A stretch of DNA of 43,645 nt from a virus (Duplodnaviria > Caudoviricetes). The translations under genes and the position numbers were made by a program. Location: IMG/VR virus record IMGVR_UViG_3300029822_000593, positions 1 to 43,645 of that record. The stretch is one strand, 5' to 3'. Each line of letters begins with the position of its first letter. The stretch's first letter is position 1. The notes under the pieces were generated by a model that was not told the DNA's origin, made no database searches, and saw only the letters and a program-made list of their open reading frames with translations. Below are positions 1 through 9,319 of the stretch, in pieces.

Positions 1-82
1 CCTGACAAAACAAACGCCTCGTGTGCAGGAGAGAAAACAGCCCATCTATGGGAGCATTTTACATATAGGAGGAGGGATGAAT

Positions 83-391
83 ATGGAAAATATTGAGAGC
101 ATAAAACAATCTTTGATAAAACAACTGAAAGATAAAGGGGCAAATGTAGAACATTTCCTTGGGCTTGTGGATGACTATGTTTGGTATGCCAAACAGGAAA
201 GAAAGATGCAGGAAGATATAGACAAGCGTGGCTCTGTCTATATTGCCACATCTGCGGCAGGCAAGGCATACGAGAAACAGAACCCCTCCATTAAGGATGC
301 CATAATGTTTAACAAACAGAAATTGGCAATCCTGAAACAGCTAGAGCTAACTACAGAGAATGCAGAAAGCCCTGATGAGGATGAACTCTAA
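83..391 (+). CDS. terS: Terminase small subunit (P27-like)
   Basis: Directly upstream of terL; GGAGG RBS at 71-75 favours ATG 83 over the ORF-track start 23; KQNPSI...NKQKLAILKQLEL motif. Confidence 0.85.
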   Translation: MENIESIKQSLIKQLKDKGANVEHFLGLVDDYVWYAKQERKMQEDIDKRGSVYIATSAAGKAYEKQNPSIKDAIMFNKQKLAILKQLELTTENAESPDEDEL

Positions 392-2048
392 ACTTATACC
401 AGAGATACAAAACTATATTGACCTAGTTAGAAGCGGCGAGATAGCTGAATGTAAAGAGCAGTTTCAATTGTGTAACTATGTAGAAAAATGTTTTAAAGAA
501 GAAAACTTAATTATTGATGTAGAACTCCTACATAAGTATTTAAGTCTCCAGAAATATTTCTCTTTTGATTTGTACGACTGGGAAGTTTTTGTTTTTACAT
601 TGCACAATTGTACCTATGCAAAGCCTGGAATTCTAAGGTGGCCGGACCTGTTTATCTATGTCGGCAGAGGTTCCGGGAAAAACGGATACCTGAGTTTTGA
701 AGATTTCTGCCTCCTAAGCGAGTATAACAAAATAAAGCAGTACAACATAGACATCTGCGCCAACGCAGAGGAGCAGGCAAAGACAAGCTTTGATGATATC
801 TATAATGTCCTAGAAGCCTACAAACCAAAACTAAGGAAACATTTCTACTGGAATAAAGAGGTTATATATAATCTAAAGACAAGGTCCACATTGAGATTTA
901 GGACATCCAATGCCAAGACAAAAGACGGCGGCAGACCAGGAAAAGTAGATTTTGATGAATACCACCAATACGAGGATTACAAAATTATAAATGTCTTTAT
1001 AACTGGCCTGGGAAAAAAGAAAAACCCCAGAACCACTATAACCACTACTGATGGCGACATCCGGGGCGGCCCCTTGGATAATGTAAAAGATAGAGCGCTT
1101 AGAATACTGAATGAGCAGGGTGGCGACAATGGTATGCTTCCCTTTATTTGCCGTTTGGACAATGAAAAGGAAGTTGATAATCCCAAGATGTGGGAGAAAG
1201 CAAACCCTACGTTACACTACAATGAAGAACTCCTGCGGGAAATGAAAAAGGAATACGAAAACTATAAAACTGACCCTGTGAGCAATAGCGCATTTATGAC
1301 AAAACGTATGAATATGCCGCGGGGCAATAAAGATGTTGAAGTAACCTCCTGGGATAATATTCTTGCTACAAACCAGCTGATACCTGCTGACGACCTTGCA
1401 GGGTGTACCTGCGTGGCTGGATTGGATTATGCAAAGACTACGGACTTTGTAGCGGCGGGATTGCTTTTTAAATACAAGGGCAAATACTATTGGATAACCC
1501 ACACATGGGTATGCCGCAATTGTAATGACCTGGACAGGATAAAAGCCCCATTGGAAGAATGGGCAACTGAAAAAGGTGGAAGCCTATTGACATTTATAGA
1601 TGATGTAGAAATAGCTCCCTCCATTCCCGCGGAATGGCTTGCAAAGCAGGCACAGAAATACAATATAACCACCCTGGGCATGGATAACTACAGGTATACG
1701 CTCTTAGCAAAAGCCTTAAGAGAAGTTGGTTTTGATACCGATAAAAACGGAGTGAACAATATAAAACTGACAAGGCCGAGCAACCAGATGTTAGTGGCCC
1801 CAACCATAAACAGCCTATTTGTAAACCACAGTATTGTATATGGTGATAATCCCCTGATGCGCTGGTATACAAATAACGCCTGTAAGTGTCCGGAGAAATA
1901 CGACAACATGACCTATGGAAAGATAGAACCTAAGAGCAGGAAGACAGATGGTTTTATGGCAATGGTGGCCGCTTTCTCCGCTGGAGGTACGGAACTTGAA
2001 GACAGCGGGGAGGAGTTTGACTTTGATGTAGGCGTATATACGTATTAG
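360..2048 (+). CDS. terL: Terminase large subunit
   Basis: Walker A GRGSGKN, Walker B VDFDEYH, nuclease GLDYAKTTD and KTDGFMA motifs; true start may be a few codons downstream. Confidence 0.95.
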   Translation: MQKALMRMNSKLIPEIQNYIDLVRSGEIAECKEQFQLCNYVEKCFKEENLIIDVELLHKYLSLQKYFSFDLYDWEVFVFTLHNCTYAKPGILRWPDLFIYVGRGSGKNGYLSFEDFCLLSEYNKIKQYNIDICANAEEQAKTSFDDIYNVLEAYKPKLRKHFYWNKEVIYNLKTRSTLRFRTSNAKTKDGGRPGKVDFDEYHQYEDYKIINVFITGLGKKKNPRTTITTTDGDIRGGPLDNVKDRALRILNEQGGDNGMLPFICRLDNEKEVDNPKMWEKANPTLHYNEELLREMKKEYENYKTDPVSNSAFMTKRMNMPRGNKDVEVTSWDNILATNQLIPADDLAGCTCVAGLDYAKTTDFVAAGLLFKYKGKYYWITHTWVCRNCNDLDRIKAPLEEWATEKGGSLLTFIDDVEIAPSIPAEWLAKQAQKYNITTLGMDNYRYTLLAKALREVGFDTDKNGVNNIKLTRPSNQMLVAPTINSLFVNHSIVYGDNPLMRWYTNNACKCPEKYDNMTYGKIEPKSRKTDGFMAMVAAFSAGGTELEDSGEEFDFDVGVYTY

Positions 2049-2070
2049 CCCAATAGGGCTTTTATTTTTT
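2047..2070 (+). terminator. Weak terminator-like hairpin after terL
   Basis: agccc-aata-gggct followed by tttatttttt; only a 5-bp stem. Confidence 0.4.
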
Positions 2071-2091
2071 GCCCGGAAAGGCGGTGATAGA

Positions 2092-3279
2092 GTGGGATTT
2101 TGGGATTGGACAAAACATTTTTTTGGGGCTGATAAAGCTGAAATATATGTAACAGCCAAGGCCATAGAAGACAAGAAAAACAGACTTAGCATTGAAAAAT
2201 TTGGTATAGTGATGGCAATTAATTTTATCGCAAATGCCATTTCTAAATGCGAGTTTAAAACCTTCCTTGACGGTAAGGAAGTAAAGGGTGATGAATATTA
2301 CCTTTGGAACATAGAACCGAATATGAACGAGAGTTCAACGCAGTTTATGCATAAACTTATCAGCCAGCTGTTATTTTACGGCGAGGCACTTGTAATTGAG
2401 GTAAATGGGCAGTTGCTAGTTGCAGATAGTTTCAACCAAGTTGAGTATGCCATCAAGGAAAATTATTTTACGGACGTATCCGTGAAGACCATGACATTCG
2501 GGAAGACCTTCAATATGTCGGATGTGATGTATTTCAAACTTGATGATACAAACATACGTACGCTACTAACCCAGCTGGTAGATCAATATGAGGATTTGAC
2601 AGCCATGGCAGAGGGCAAGTACAAGCGAGCCCAGGGCAGAAAAGGGGTTGTAAAGCTAAATGGTACCAGCAAGGGGGATAAGGACTATAAGAAGAAGATA
2701 GATGACCTATTCAACCGCCAGTTTAAGGAATATTTTGAGGCGGAAAATGCAGTGGTGCACCTGCCTAAAGGGGTTGAGTACCAGGAACAGCAGGATACAT
2801 CTGCCAAGAAAAGTACCTCGGAGATAGCCGATATAAAAGGCATTACGGCGGAGGCGTTTGATAGGATAGCACAGGCATTTAGGATACCTCCTTCCTTACT
2901 ACGTGGGGATATTGCGGATATAGGAGAGCTAACAAACAACTTCCTAAGCTTCTGCATAGACCCCATAACGACAATCATAGGAGAGGAAATAACCCGCAAG
3001 CGATATGGCAAGCGGGCTTTTTTGGACGGCTCCTATATAAAAATTGATACGAGCAACATACGTCATATTGATATATTCAGCATCAGCCAGGCGTTCGACA
3101 AACTAATTGCCTGCGGTGGATATAGCATAGATGACTTGAGGATCAAGGCAGGAGATACACCGCTAAATACAGACTGGAGCCAGGAGCACTGGATGACAAA
3201 GAACTATCTGCAGATAGAACAGCAACAAAACCAAATTGACGAAGGGAGTGACGAAAATGGGGAAAATTCTGGAGTTTAA
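2092..3279 (+). CDS. Portal protein, HK97 family
   Basis: Position after terL; WNIEPN...FMHKL and IAQAFRIPPSLL motifs; 395 aa. Confidence 0.92.
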   Translation: MGFWDWTKHFFGADKAEIYVTAKAIEDKKNRLSIEKFGIVMAINFIANAISKCEFKTFLDGKEVKGDEYYLWNIEPNMNESSTQFMHKLISQLLFYGEALVIEVNGQLLVADSFNQVEYAIKENYFTDVSVKTMTFGKTFNMSDVMYFKLDDTNIRTLLTQLVDQYEDLTAMAEGKYKRAQGRKGVVKLNGTSKGDKDYKKKIDDLFNRQFKEYFEAENAVVHLPKGVEYQEQQDTSAKKSTSEIADIKGITAEAFDRIAQAFRIPPSLLRGDIADIGELTNNFLSFCIDPITTIIGEEITRKRYGKRAFLDGSYIKIDTSNIRHIDIFSISQAFDKLIACGGYSIDDLRIKAGDTPLNTDWSQEHWMTKNYLQIEQQQNQIDEGSDENGENSGV

Positions 3280-4135
3280 GAGCCGGGATAAGACCGGCAA
3301 GGAAAAGACAAACGGGAAAATGGAAATAAAAAACGAAACTGGAAGCTCTTCGGAGCTTTATTTTTATGGTGATATTTGTGGTTCTGCCTGGGACAAATGG
3401 CAGGACGAGGACAAATGTCCGCAAGATGTGGCGGACTTTTTGGGACAGCTCGAGGGAAACAAAGATGTAAATATCTACATCAACAGCGGCGGCGGCGATG
3501 CCTTCGCAGGGATGGCTATATACAACACCTTGAAGAGGAACCCTGCCCACAAAACTACCCATGTAGATGGGCTGGCAGCAAGTGCGGCGTCCGTGATTGC
3601 ACTGGCGGGAGATAAAGTAATAATTCCCAAAACAGCACAGTTCATGATCCACAATGCCTGGACTATAGCCATGGGCAACGCAAATGACTTTTTATATACG
3701 GCGGAAAGGCTGGAAAAATGTGACGAATCCATTTTGAATGTCTATGCGGAGAACCTCAAAGAGGGCGTGGACAAGGCAACTATAAAACAAAAGATGGACG
3801 ACACCACTTGGATGACCGGCGAGGATGCCGCCAAGTACTTCAACGTGGAAGTTGAAGAGGGTGATGCTGCAGTGGCGTATGCAGACAGCCAGTTTTTCGA
3901 CAGGTACAAGAACCTGCCTGACTGCTTGAAAAACAAGGATGAAAAGTCCAAACCTAGTGACACCAGCCTTGATGAAAAAGTCAAGCAGGCAGTCAAACAG
4001 GCACTTTCAGAAGTATTGGAAAAGGATCAAAAAACACAGAAACCGGCAGAACCAAAGAAGAGTAATGCCGAGAAGATATTAAAAATTTTCAAAAATTCAA
4101 ATACAGGAGGTAATGATAATGGCAATGAAAAGTAA
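3257..4135 (+). CDS. ClpP-like prohead maturation protease
   Basis: INSGGGD, DGLAASAAS, FMIHNAW and TWMTGEDA motifs; ATG 3257 follows a GGGAG RBS. Confidence 0.93.
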   Translation: MGKILEFKSRDKTGKEKTNGKMEIKNETGSSSELYFYGDICGSAWDKWQDEDKCPQDVADFLGQLEGNKDVNIYINSGGGDAFAGMAIYNTLKRNPAHKTTHVDGLAASAASVIALAGDKVIIPKTAQFMIHNAWTIAMGNANDFLYTAERLEKCDESILNVYAENLKEGVDKATIKQKMDDTTWMTGEDAAKYFNVEVEEGDAAVAYADSQFFDRYKNLPDCLKNKDEKSKPSDTSLDEKVKQAVKQALSEVLEKDQKTQKPAEPKKSNAEKILKIFKNSNTGGNDNGNEK

Positions 4136-5315
4136 AGATTTGGTCGAAAAAGAATTAAGACAGAAGTTGGCAGATGCTTTTAAAAGTGACAACCCCGACG
4201 ATATAACACAGGCGTTTGCAGACTTCGCAGAGAATGTACAACAGAATGTAATGGAAGAATGTAACCAATATAAGGAAGCACAGGATTCTAATATACTCTC
4301 CAAGAGAGGTGTGCACCAATTAACTTCTGCAGAACAGAAATATTATACAAAGTTGATTGATGCAATGAAGTCCAGCAACCCAAAGGCGGCAATAACTGAT
4401 ATTGACGTGGCTTTCCCCGAAACCATAATAGACAATATAATGCAGGATTTGGAGACCCAGCACCCACTTTTAAATGCCATAACTTTTTTGAATACCACTA
4501 TCTTGACTAAGATACTGGTGAACAAGCAAGGTAGCCAGATGGCAACCTGGGGACAGCTTGATTCTGCTATAACCCAAGAACTGCAGGGAGCTATAGGCAA
4601 GATAGATTTGACTATCTGCAAACTGACTGCATATATGCCGCTATCCAAAGATATGTTAAATATCGGACCCGCTTGGGTGGATGCCTATGTAAGGTCTACG
4701 CTCACAGAGGCATTAGCGTTAGCTTTGGAAACAGCTATAGTGGACGGCACAGGCAACAATGAACCTATAGGCATGGACAGGTCTGTGGCGGATGATGTAA
4801 CTGTAACTGGCGGAGTATATCCAAAAAAGACTGCTACAGCCATAACAGCTTTTGACCCTGTTAGCTATGGAAAGCTTTTGGACAAAATTTCCCAGGCTCC
4901 GAATGGCAGGAGGAGACCGGTACCCGGCGTAATCCTCGTTGTGAATCCTTCGGACTACTTTACAAAAGTATTCCCAGCTACAACTCTGAGGACAACCAAC
5001 GGAACCTATGCAACTAATGTATTTCCGTTCCCCACCACAGTTATACAATCACCGGCAGTACCTGTAGGCTCAGCAATTATGGGGCTTGCGAGCAAGTACT
5101 TTATGGGAATTGGCGGAGGTTCGGCCGGCGGAAAGATCGAATACAGCGATGAATTCCGTTTCCTGGACGACGAGAGGGTATACACCGTGCGTATGTACGG
5201 CAATGGCAGGGCATTGGACGATAATGCGTTCCAGTTGCTCGACATAAGTGGAGTAGTTCCGGCAGATTTTGAAGTGCAGGTAACTAATGTTGTTAAGACC
5301 AAGGAACAGGCATAA
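4113..5315 (+). CDS. Major capsid protein, HK97 fold
   Basis: Position; PETIIDNI, AIVDGTGNNEPIG and YGNGRALDDNAF motifs; N-terminal delta-like region. Confidence 0.92.
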   Translation: MIMAMKSKDLVEKELRQKLADAFKSDNPDDITQAFADFAENVQQNVMEECNQYKEAQDSNILSKRGVHQLTSAEQKYYTKLIDAMKSSNPKAAITDIDVAFPETIIDNIMQDLETQHPLLNAITFLNTTILTKILVNKQGSQMATWGQLDSAITQELQGAIGKIDLTICKLTAYMPLSKDMLNIGPAWVDAYVRSTLTEALALALETAIVDGTGNNEPIGMDRSVADDVTVTGGVYPKKTATAITAFDPVSYGKLLDKISQAPNGRRRPVPGVILVVNPSDYFTKVFPATTLRTTNGTYATNVFPFPTTVIQSPAVPVGSAIMGLASKYFMGIGGGSAGGKIEYSDEFRFLDDERVYTVRMYGNGRALDDNAFQLLDISGVVPADFEVQVTNVVKTKEQA

Positions 5316-5329
5316 TTGAGGTGGTTTAA

Positions 5330-5899
5330 ATGGCGGATGCAATTGTGGAACAGTTACTCCCCGAAGTTAAAAGCAATTTGCATATAACTTGGAATGATGA
5401 AAGTACAGACGCAAATATAAGAGGCTATATAGCAAGGGGAATGGCACGCCTAAGCGATATTGCGGGCACCCCTGACCTGGACTTTGTGACAGATGGACAG
5501 CCTAAGGCTCTGCTCCTGGATTATTGCAGATATGCCAATAGCCAAGCGCTTGAGATGTTCGAAAAAAATTTTGGAGGTGAGCTATTGGATCTAAATTTAG
5601 GATGCCAGTTCGAGGAACCAGAAAAATTGGACGTGGTATCCCAGGCGGGAACGCTCGCAGGAAACACAAAAATATCCGTGTCCCCAAGTTTAGATTCTGG
5701 GGACACATATGTATACAAAGTGGGGAAAAATCTGGTTTTGCCGGGGTATTTTTCTGTATGTAGCATTACAGAAGGCTACTTTATATGGGATGGGAATTCC
5801 GATATAGCAGCTACCGCCGGAGATGATATTGTGGTTGTCGAGGTGGACGACAGGAACAAAGCGATACGAGCAGGAAAAACAACGACAGTAGTGAGGTGA
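5330..5899 (+). CDS. Head-tail connector (gp6-like) with C-terminal beta-rich extension
   Basis: VKSNLHITWNDE...LLLDYCRY N-terminal domain; extra ~90 aa ending WDG...IVVVEVD...KA. Confidence 0.75.
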   Translation: MADAIVEQLLPEVKSNLHITWNDESTDANIRGYIARGMARLSDIAGTPDLDFVTDGQPKALLLDYCRYANSQALEMFEKNFGGELLDLNLGCQFEEPEKLDVVSQAGTLAGNTKISVSPSLDSGDTYVYKVGKNLVLPGYFSVCSITEGYFIWDGNSDIAATAGDDIVVVEVDDRNKAIRAGKTTTVVR

Positions 5900-5905
5900 T
5901 GGGGT

Positions 5906-6223
5906 ATGAAAATCAAGACGCCCACTGAATTCATCTCTTTTTCTGATGGGATATGTACTATCTACAGTGAAGATGACGACGGGGTGAGAACTGACAAGTA
6001 CAAAAACTTGGGTTTTGCCAAAAGAACTATGGGATACAAAAGGTTTTTTGAGGCAAATGCCGTGCAGATGAGTGTGGACAAAGTCATACGAATCCCACAG
6101 CTGGGGGATATAGATACCTATGACCATGTAGAACTTGACGACACACAGTACGACATTGTGCTTATCCAGGATATATATAATTCTAACCCCTTATCTACTG
6201 ACCTTACACTACAAAAGAGGTGA
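5906..6223 (+). CDS. Head closure / head-tail adaptor protein
   Basis: Position and size; beta-rich, ends TDLTLQK. Confidence 0.7.
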   Translation: MKIKTPTEFISFSDGICTIYSEDDDGVRTDKYKNLGFAKRTMGYKRFFEANAVQMSVDKVIRIPQLGDIDTYDHVELDDTQYDIVLIQDIYNSNPLSTDLTLQKR

Positions 6224-6228
6224 TTTAA

Positions 6229-6675
6229 ATGGGAGTTGATGTAGAATTTTCCGGAATGTCCGAACTAATTGAAAAGCTCGAGGCTACAAATGGTAGGTTC
6301 AACACGGTGGAAAACCAAGCATTGAAGGCTGGAGCCCAGCCAATACTGGAGGATATGAAAAATACTACAGCATTCAAAGATAGAACTGGCAGGCTCAGGA
6401 AAAGCCTAAAAATAAGCGGCATAAAAAGGACGGGCGGGCGTAAGTCTGTATGGGTTGGAGATACAGATGGCAAATGCAATTATAGTTGGTTTGTGGAGTT
6501 CGGCCACAGCATTGGACAATCCCGAAAAAACATGTCTGCCAAAGACAAAAGAGCTGGCAAACTAAACAAAGTTACCTATGCCCCAGCAAGACCTTTTGTG
6601 GCTCCAGCCCTTGAACGGCACAAAAGGGAAGCTATTGAAATTATTAAAGCCGAATTAAGGCGGGCGATAAAATGA
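6229..6675 (+). CDS. HK97 gp10-like tail completion protein
   Basis: TGRLRKS, WFVEFG and PARPFVAPA motifs. Confidence 0.85.
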   Translation: MGVDVEFSGMSELIEKLEATNGRFNTVENQALKAGAQPILEDMKNTTAFKDRTGRLRKSLKISGIKRTGGRKSVWVGDTDGKCNYSWFVEFGHSIGQSRKNMSAKDKRAGKLNKVTYAPARPFVAPALERHKREAIEIIKAELRRAIK

Positions 6676-7010
6676 AAACCGATGTAATAGAGGACATTTT
6701 AAAGCCTGTTAAGGATAAAGGCATTCCCGTGAAACATATGTTTTACACAGGGCAGAAAGACCCTTATATAACTTACCAATTCTACAACGAGTATGGGGAA
6801 GCTTTTAGCGAGAACAGGGAAATAGCAACAATGTACTCCGTACAGATAGATATATTTACACAGGGTGATACAGAAGATTTATACAACCAAATAATGAGCC
6901 TTATGACTGCGGCGGGTTGGTACCGAACATATGCCATGGAGCTATATGAACCCGATACCAAACTAAAACATAAAATTATAAGGTTTCAATACGCAGAGGA
7001 ACATTCGTGA
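6672..7010 (+). CDS. Tail terminator-like protein
   Basis: Position before the major tail protein; PYITY, VQIDIF and YEPDTKLKH motifs. Confidence 0.75.
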   Translation: MKTDVIEDILKPVKDKGIPVKHMFYTGQKDPYITYQFYNEYGEAFSENREIATMYSVQIDIFTQGDTEDLYNQIMSLMTAAGWYRTYAMELYEPDTKLKHKIIRFQYAEEHS

Positions 7011-7027
7011 ATGGGTGTTCTTTTTTT
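6998..7027 (+). terminator. Intrinsic terminator-like hairpin
   Basis: ggaacattcg-tgaa-tgggtgttct stem (with G-U pairs) followed by a T run. Confidence 0.55.
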
Positions 7028-7056
7028 ATGTAAAAATTTAAGGAGGTAATAAATAA

Positions 7057-7956
7057 ATGGCAACTTTTGGAATAGAAAAACTTTACGTTGCAAAGCAGAC
7101 AAGTGATGATTCCAGTGGTATGGAGTATACTAAGCCACAGTATTATAAAAACGTAACAGAACTCGATAACAAACCCAAAGTGAACGACGACCAGGCATAT
7201 GCAGAAAACAGGCAGGTGGACCAGGCTACAATGTTCGCAAACTCCGAGGTAAGCATAAGCAGATACTATATGTCACCGCAGGAACAGGCATTCCTACTCG
7301 GTAGTGACCTGTCCGGGGACGGCGGAGTAATACTTAGTGCTGGCGACATAGCCCCATATATAGCAGTTATGTATAGGGCCCCACTTAGGGGAGCCGGGGA
7401 CAACTACAAAAGATATGGCGTTTTCTACAAAGTCATGTTTACGCCCCCAGAAGATAAAATAAAAGGCCTTGAGGGGAAACCAGACCTCAGCCAAGTTCCG
7501 GAGATAACAGGGACCGCACAGTCTACAGAATGGTCATATGAGGATTCTAAAGGCAACGAGAAGCACCCATGGGAATACCATATAGATACGGCGGAGAACT
7601 TGGACGATAGCTTTTTCAATATCGTACCTACCCCGACACTCGCAGAGACCCAAGATCTACAACTCGTGAGTTCCACGCCTAAGGATTCGGATACCGAGGT
7701 AGCCACCAGCGTGCATCCGGTGCTCAACTTTAATAATGTAATATTGGAGTGTAATGTTGTAATTGTAGATGTGGCGGCAGGTAGCTTGGTTGACTGTAGT
7801 GTATCCTTGGATGATTCCAAGAGGGTTGCAACGGTGGTCCCAAAATCGGCGCTTAGTGCGGGCAAGGTATACAGCCTTATTCTCGCCAATGTGATGGATT
7901 TGTATGGGCATAAACTTCCAGCCCAATCTATTAAATTTACTGTTGCAATTTCATAA
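7057..7956 (+). CDS. Major tail protein with C-terminal Ig-like (Big_5-type) domain
   Basis: Siphovirus MTP-like N-terminus (GIEKLYVA, YAENR, APYIAVMY); C-terminal SSTPKD...LNFNN...PKSALSAGKVYSL...DLYG Ig signature. Confidence 0.85.
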   Translation: MATFGIEKLYVAKQTSDDSSGMEYTKPQYYKNVTELDNKPKVNDDQAYAENRQVDQATMFANSEVSISRYYMSPQEQAFLLGSDLSGDGGVILSAGDIAPYIAVMYRAPLRGAGDNYKRYGVFYKVMFTPPEDKIKGLEGKPDLSQVPEITGTAQSTEWSYEDSKGNEKHPWEYHIDTAENLDDSFFNIVPTPTLAETQDLQLVSSTPKDSDTEVATSVHPVLNFNNVILECNVVIVDVAAGSLVDCSVSLDDSKRVATVVPKSALSAGKVYSLILANVMDLYGHKLPAQSIKFTVAIS

Positions 7957-7957
7957 T

Positions 7958-7990
7958 GAGAGGGCTTCAAAGGCTCTCTTATTTATTTTT
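7958..7990 (+). terminator. Intrinsic terminator after the major tail gene
   Basis: gagagggctt-caa-aggctctctt followed by a T-rich tail. Confidence 0.65.
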
Positions 7991-8061
7991 AAGAAAATAT
8001 AATTATACATATGGTGAATTACTAGATTGAAATTATTTTAAAATCAAAATTTTTAAGGAGG

Positions 8062-8478
8062 ATGATTCAGATGGAAGGCAAGGACTTGCAAAATAAAGGC
8101 GTCGAAATTATGGTAGATAAAAAGAGGCGATTGATATATGACATGAACGCATATTGTCTGTTCGAAGATAAATATGGGAGTGTAATGGATGCATTTAAAG
8201 CACTGGAAACTGGGAGTACGCATAAAGAGAGGTGGCTCCTATGGGTAGGACTTCAGCACGATTTGAGAGAGGCTGGGGAGGAAATGACCGAGGAGGATAT
8301 CGGGACATACCTTGATACAGTTGAAAAAATAAATAAAGCACATGAGCTGATAAGCGTAGCTCTGTTTGGCTCTGCTCCGAAAAGCGACGGCAAACAGAAA
8401 ACGCCCAGCAAAAGCGGAGGACAAAAAACTTCCGTGGGCGAGGTTGATAAATCTAAGCAAACTTCTGGGAATGACTGA
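8062..8478 (+). CDS. Tail assembly chaperone (G-like)
   Basis: Between MTP and tape measure; LIYDMNAYCLFEDKYG motif. Confidence 0.75.
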   Translation: MIQMEGKDLQNKGVEIMVDKKRRLIYDMNAYCLFEDKYGSVMDAFKALETGSTHKERWLLWVGLQHDLREAGEEMTEEDIGTYLDTVEKINKAHELISVALFGSAPKSDGKQKTPSKSGGQKTSVGEVDKSKQTSGND

Positions 8479-8599
8479 AAAAGAGTTTTGGAATTGCACG
8501 CTCAAGAAATTTATGCTGTTGTGGGATGATTATAAAATCCTTAACGGCATAGAAGAGCCCAAGGGAAAGAAAAAAGTATATGTAAATGACATTTTTTAG
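8366..8599 (+). CDS. Tail assembly chaperone, second part (T-like); start uncertain or reached by frameshift
   Basis: Overlaps the preceding ORF in the +1 frame; LGMTEKEFWNCTL motif typical of the T segment. Confidence 0.65.
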   Translation: MALLRKATANRKRPAKAEDKKLPWARLINLSKLLGMTEKEFWNCTLKKFMLLWDDYKILNGIEEPKGKKKVYVNDIF

Positions 8600-8601
8600 T
8601 A

Positions 8602-8630
8602 TGGAAAATAAGCCCTGAATTTGATAATAT
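8602..8630 (+). promoter_or_regulatory. Candidate sigma-A promoter of the moron gene
   Basis: TGGAAA-17 nt-TAATAT with TG extension, followed by an AAGGAGG RBS. Confidence 0.4.
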
Positions 8631-8655
8631 ATAAATATAAGGAGGGGTTCACTTT

Positions 8656-9255
8656 ATGAAAAAAAGATTAATCATCGAAATTGTGTGTGGCGTCATAATT
8701 TTTGCTGTTGGCTATTTTGTAGGGGATGCATCTGCTGTAAAAAGAGTTAATGAGACTGTGGATAGCAAAGTATCCCAAGAAGCGTCAATGGCCCAAACGG
8801 CTTCTTCTCGGCCTAAAGAAAAGATGTATAAAATAGGCGAGGAAGGTGCTTCGGGCAACTTAGTAATGAAGATATTGGGCGTTCAAGAGACAAACACAGT
8901 AGAGGGCGGAGACAGTTCCCAGACAAAAACCACAGACCAAAAATACATTGTGGTTAAATTGCAACTTACCAATAAATCTCAAGCAGCCATCCAATATTCT
9001 GATGAAGATTTTGTATTAGGAGATTCTAAAACAAAAACGCAATATAAAGCAAATACAGATGCGGGAGCGGCGGCTAACAATAAAGAGACCATATACAAGG
9101 AAAATAATGAATTTGTAGGGGAAAATGATGACATTAATCCTAATACACCAAAACAGACCTATATTGCGTTTGAAGTGCCTAAGGATTTTAACCTGCAAAA
9201 TGCAGTACTAATAAACACAAAAAACGGGAAGACAACAGGCTTTTATTTAAAGTAA
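8656..9255 (+). CDS. Membrane-anchored DUF4352-like protein (moron)
   Basis: N-terminal hydrophobic anchor; YKIGE, YIVVKLQLTNKS and INPNTPKQTYIAFEVPKD signature; flanked by promoter-like and terminator-like signals. Confidence 0.8.
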   Translation: MKKRLIIEIVCGVIIFAVGYFVGDASAVKRVNETVDSKVSQEASMAQTASSRPKEKMYKIGEEGASGNLVMKILGVQETNTVEGGDSSQTKTTDQKYIVVKLQLTNKSQAAIQYSDEDFVLGDSKTKTQYKANTDAGAAANNKETIYKENNEFVGENDDINPNTPKQTYIAFEVPKDFNLQNAVLINTKNGKTTGFYLK

Positions 9256-9258
9256 ATT

Positions 9259-9287
9259 AGAGTCCTAGAGATAGGGCTTTTTATTTT
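9259..9287 (+). terminator. Intrinsic terminator after the moron
   Basis: agagtccta-gaga-tagggcttt followed by ttatttt. Confidence 0.65.
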
Positions 9288-9319
9288 GCCTAAAAATTAT
9301 TAAGAAAGGAGGCAGTTAT

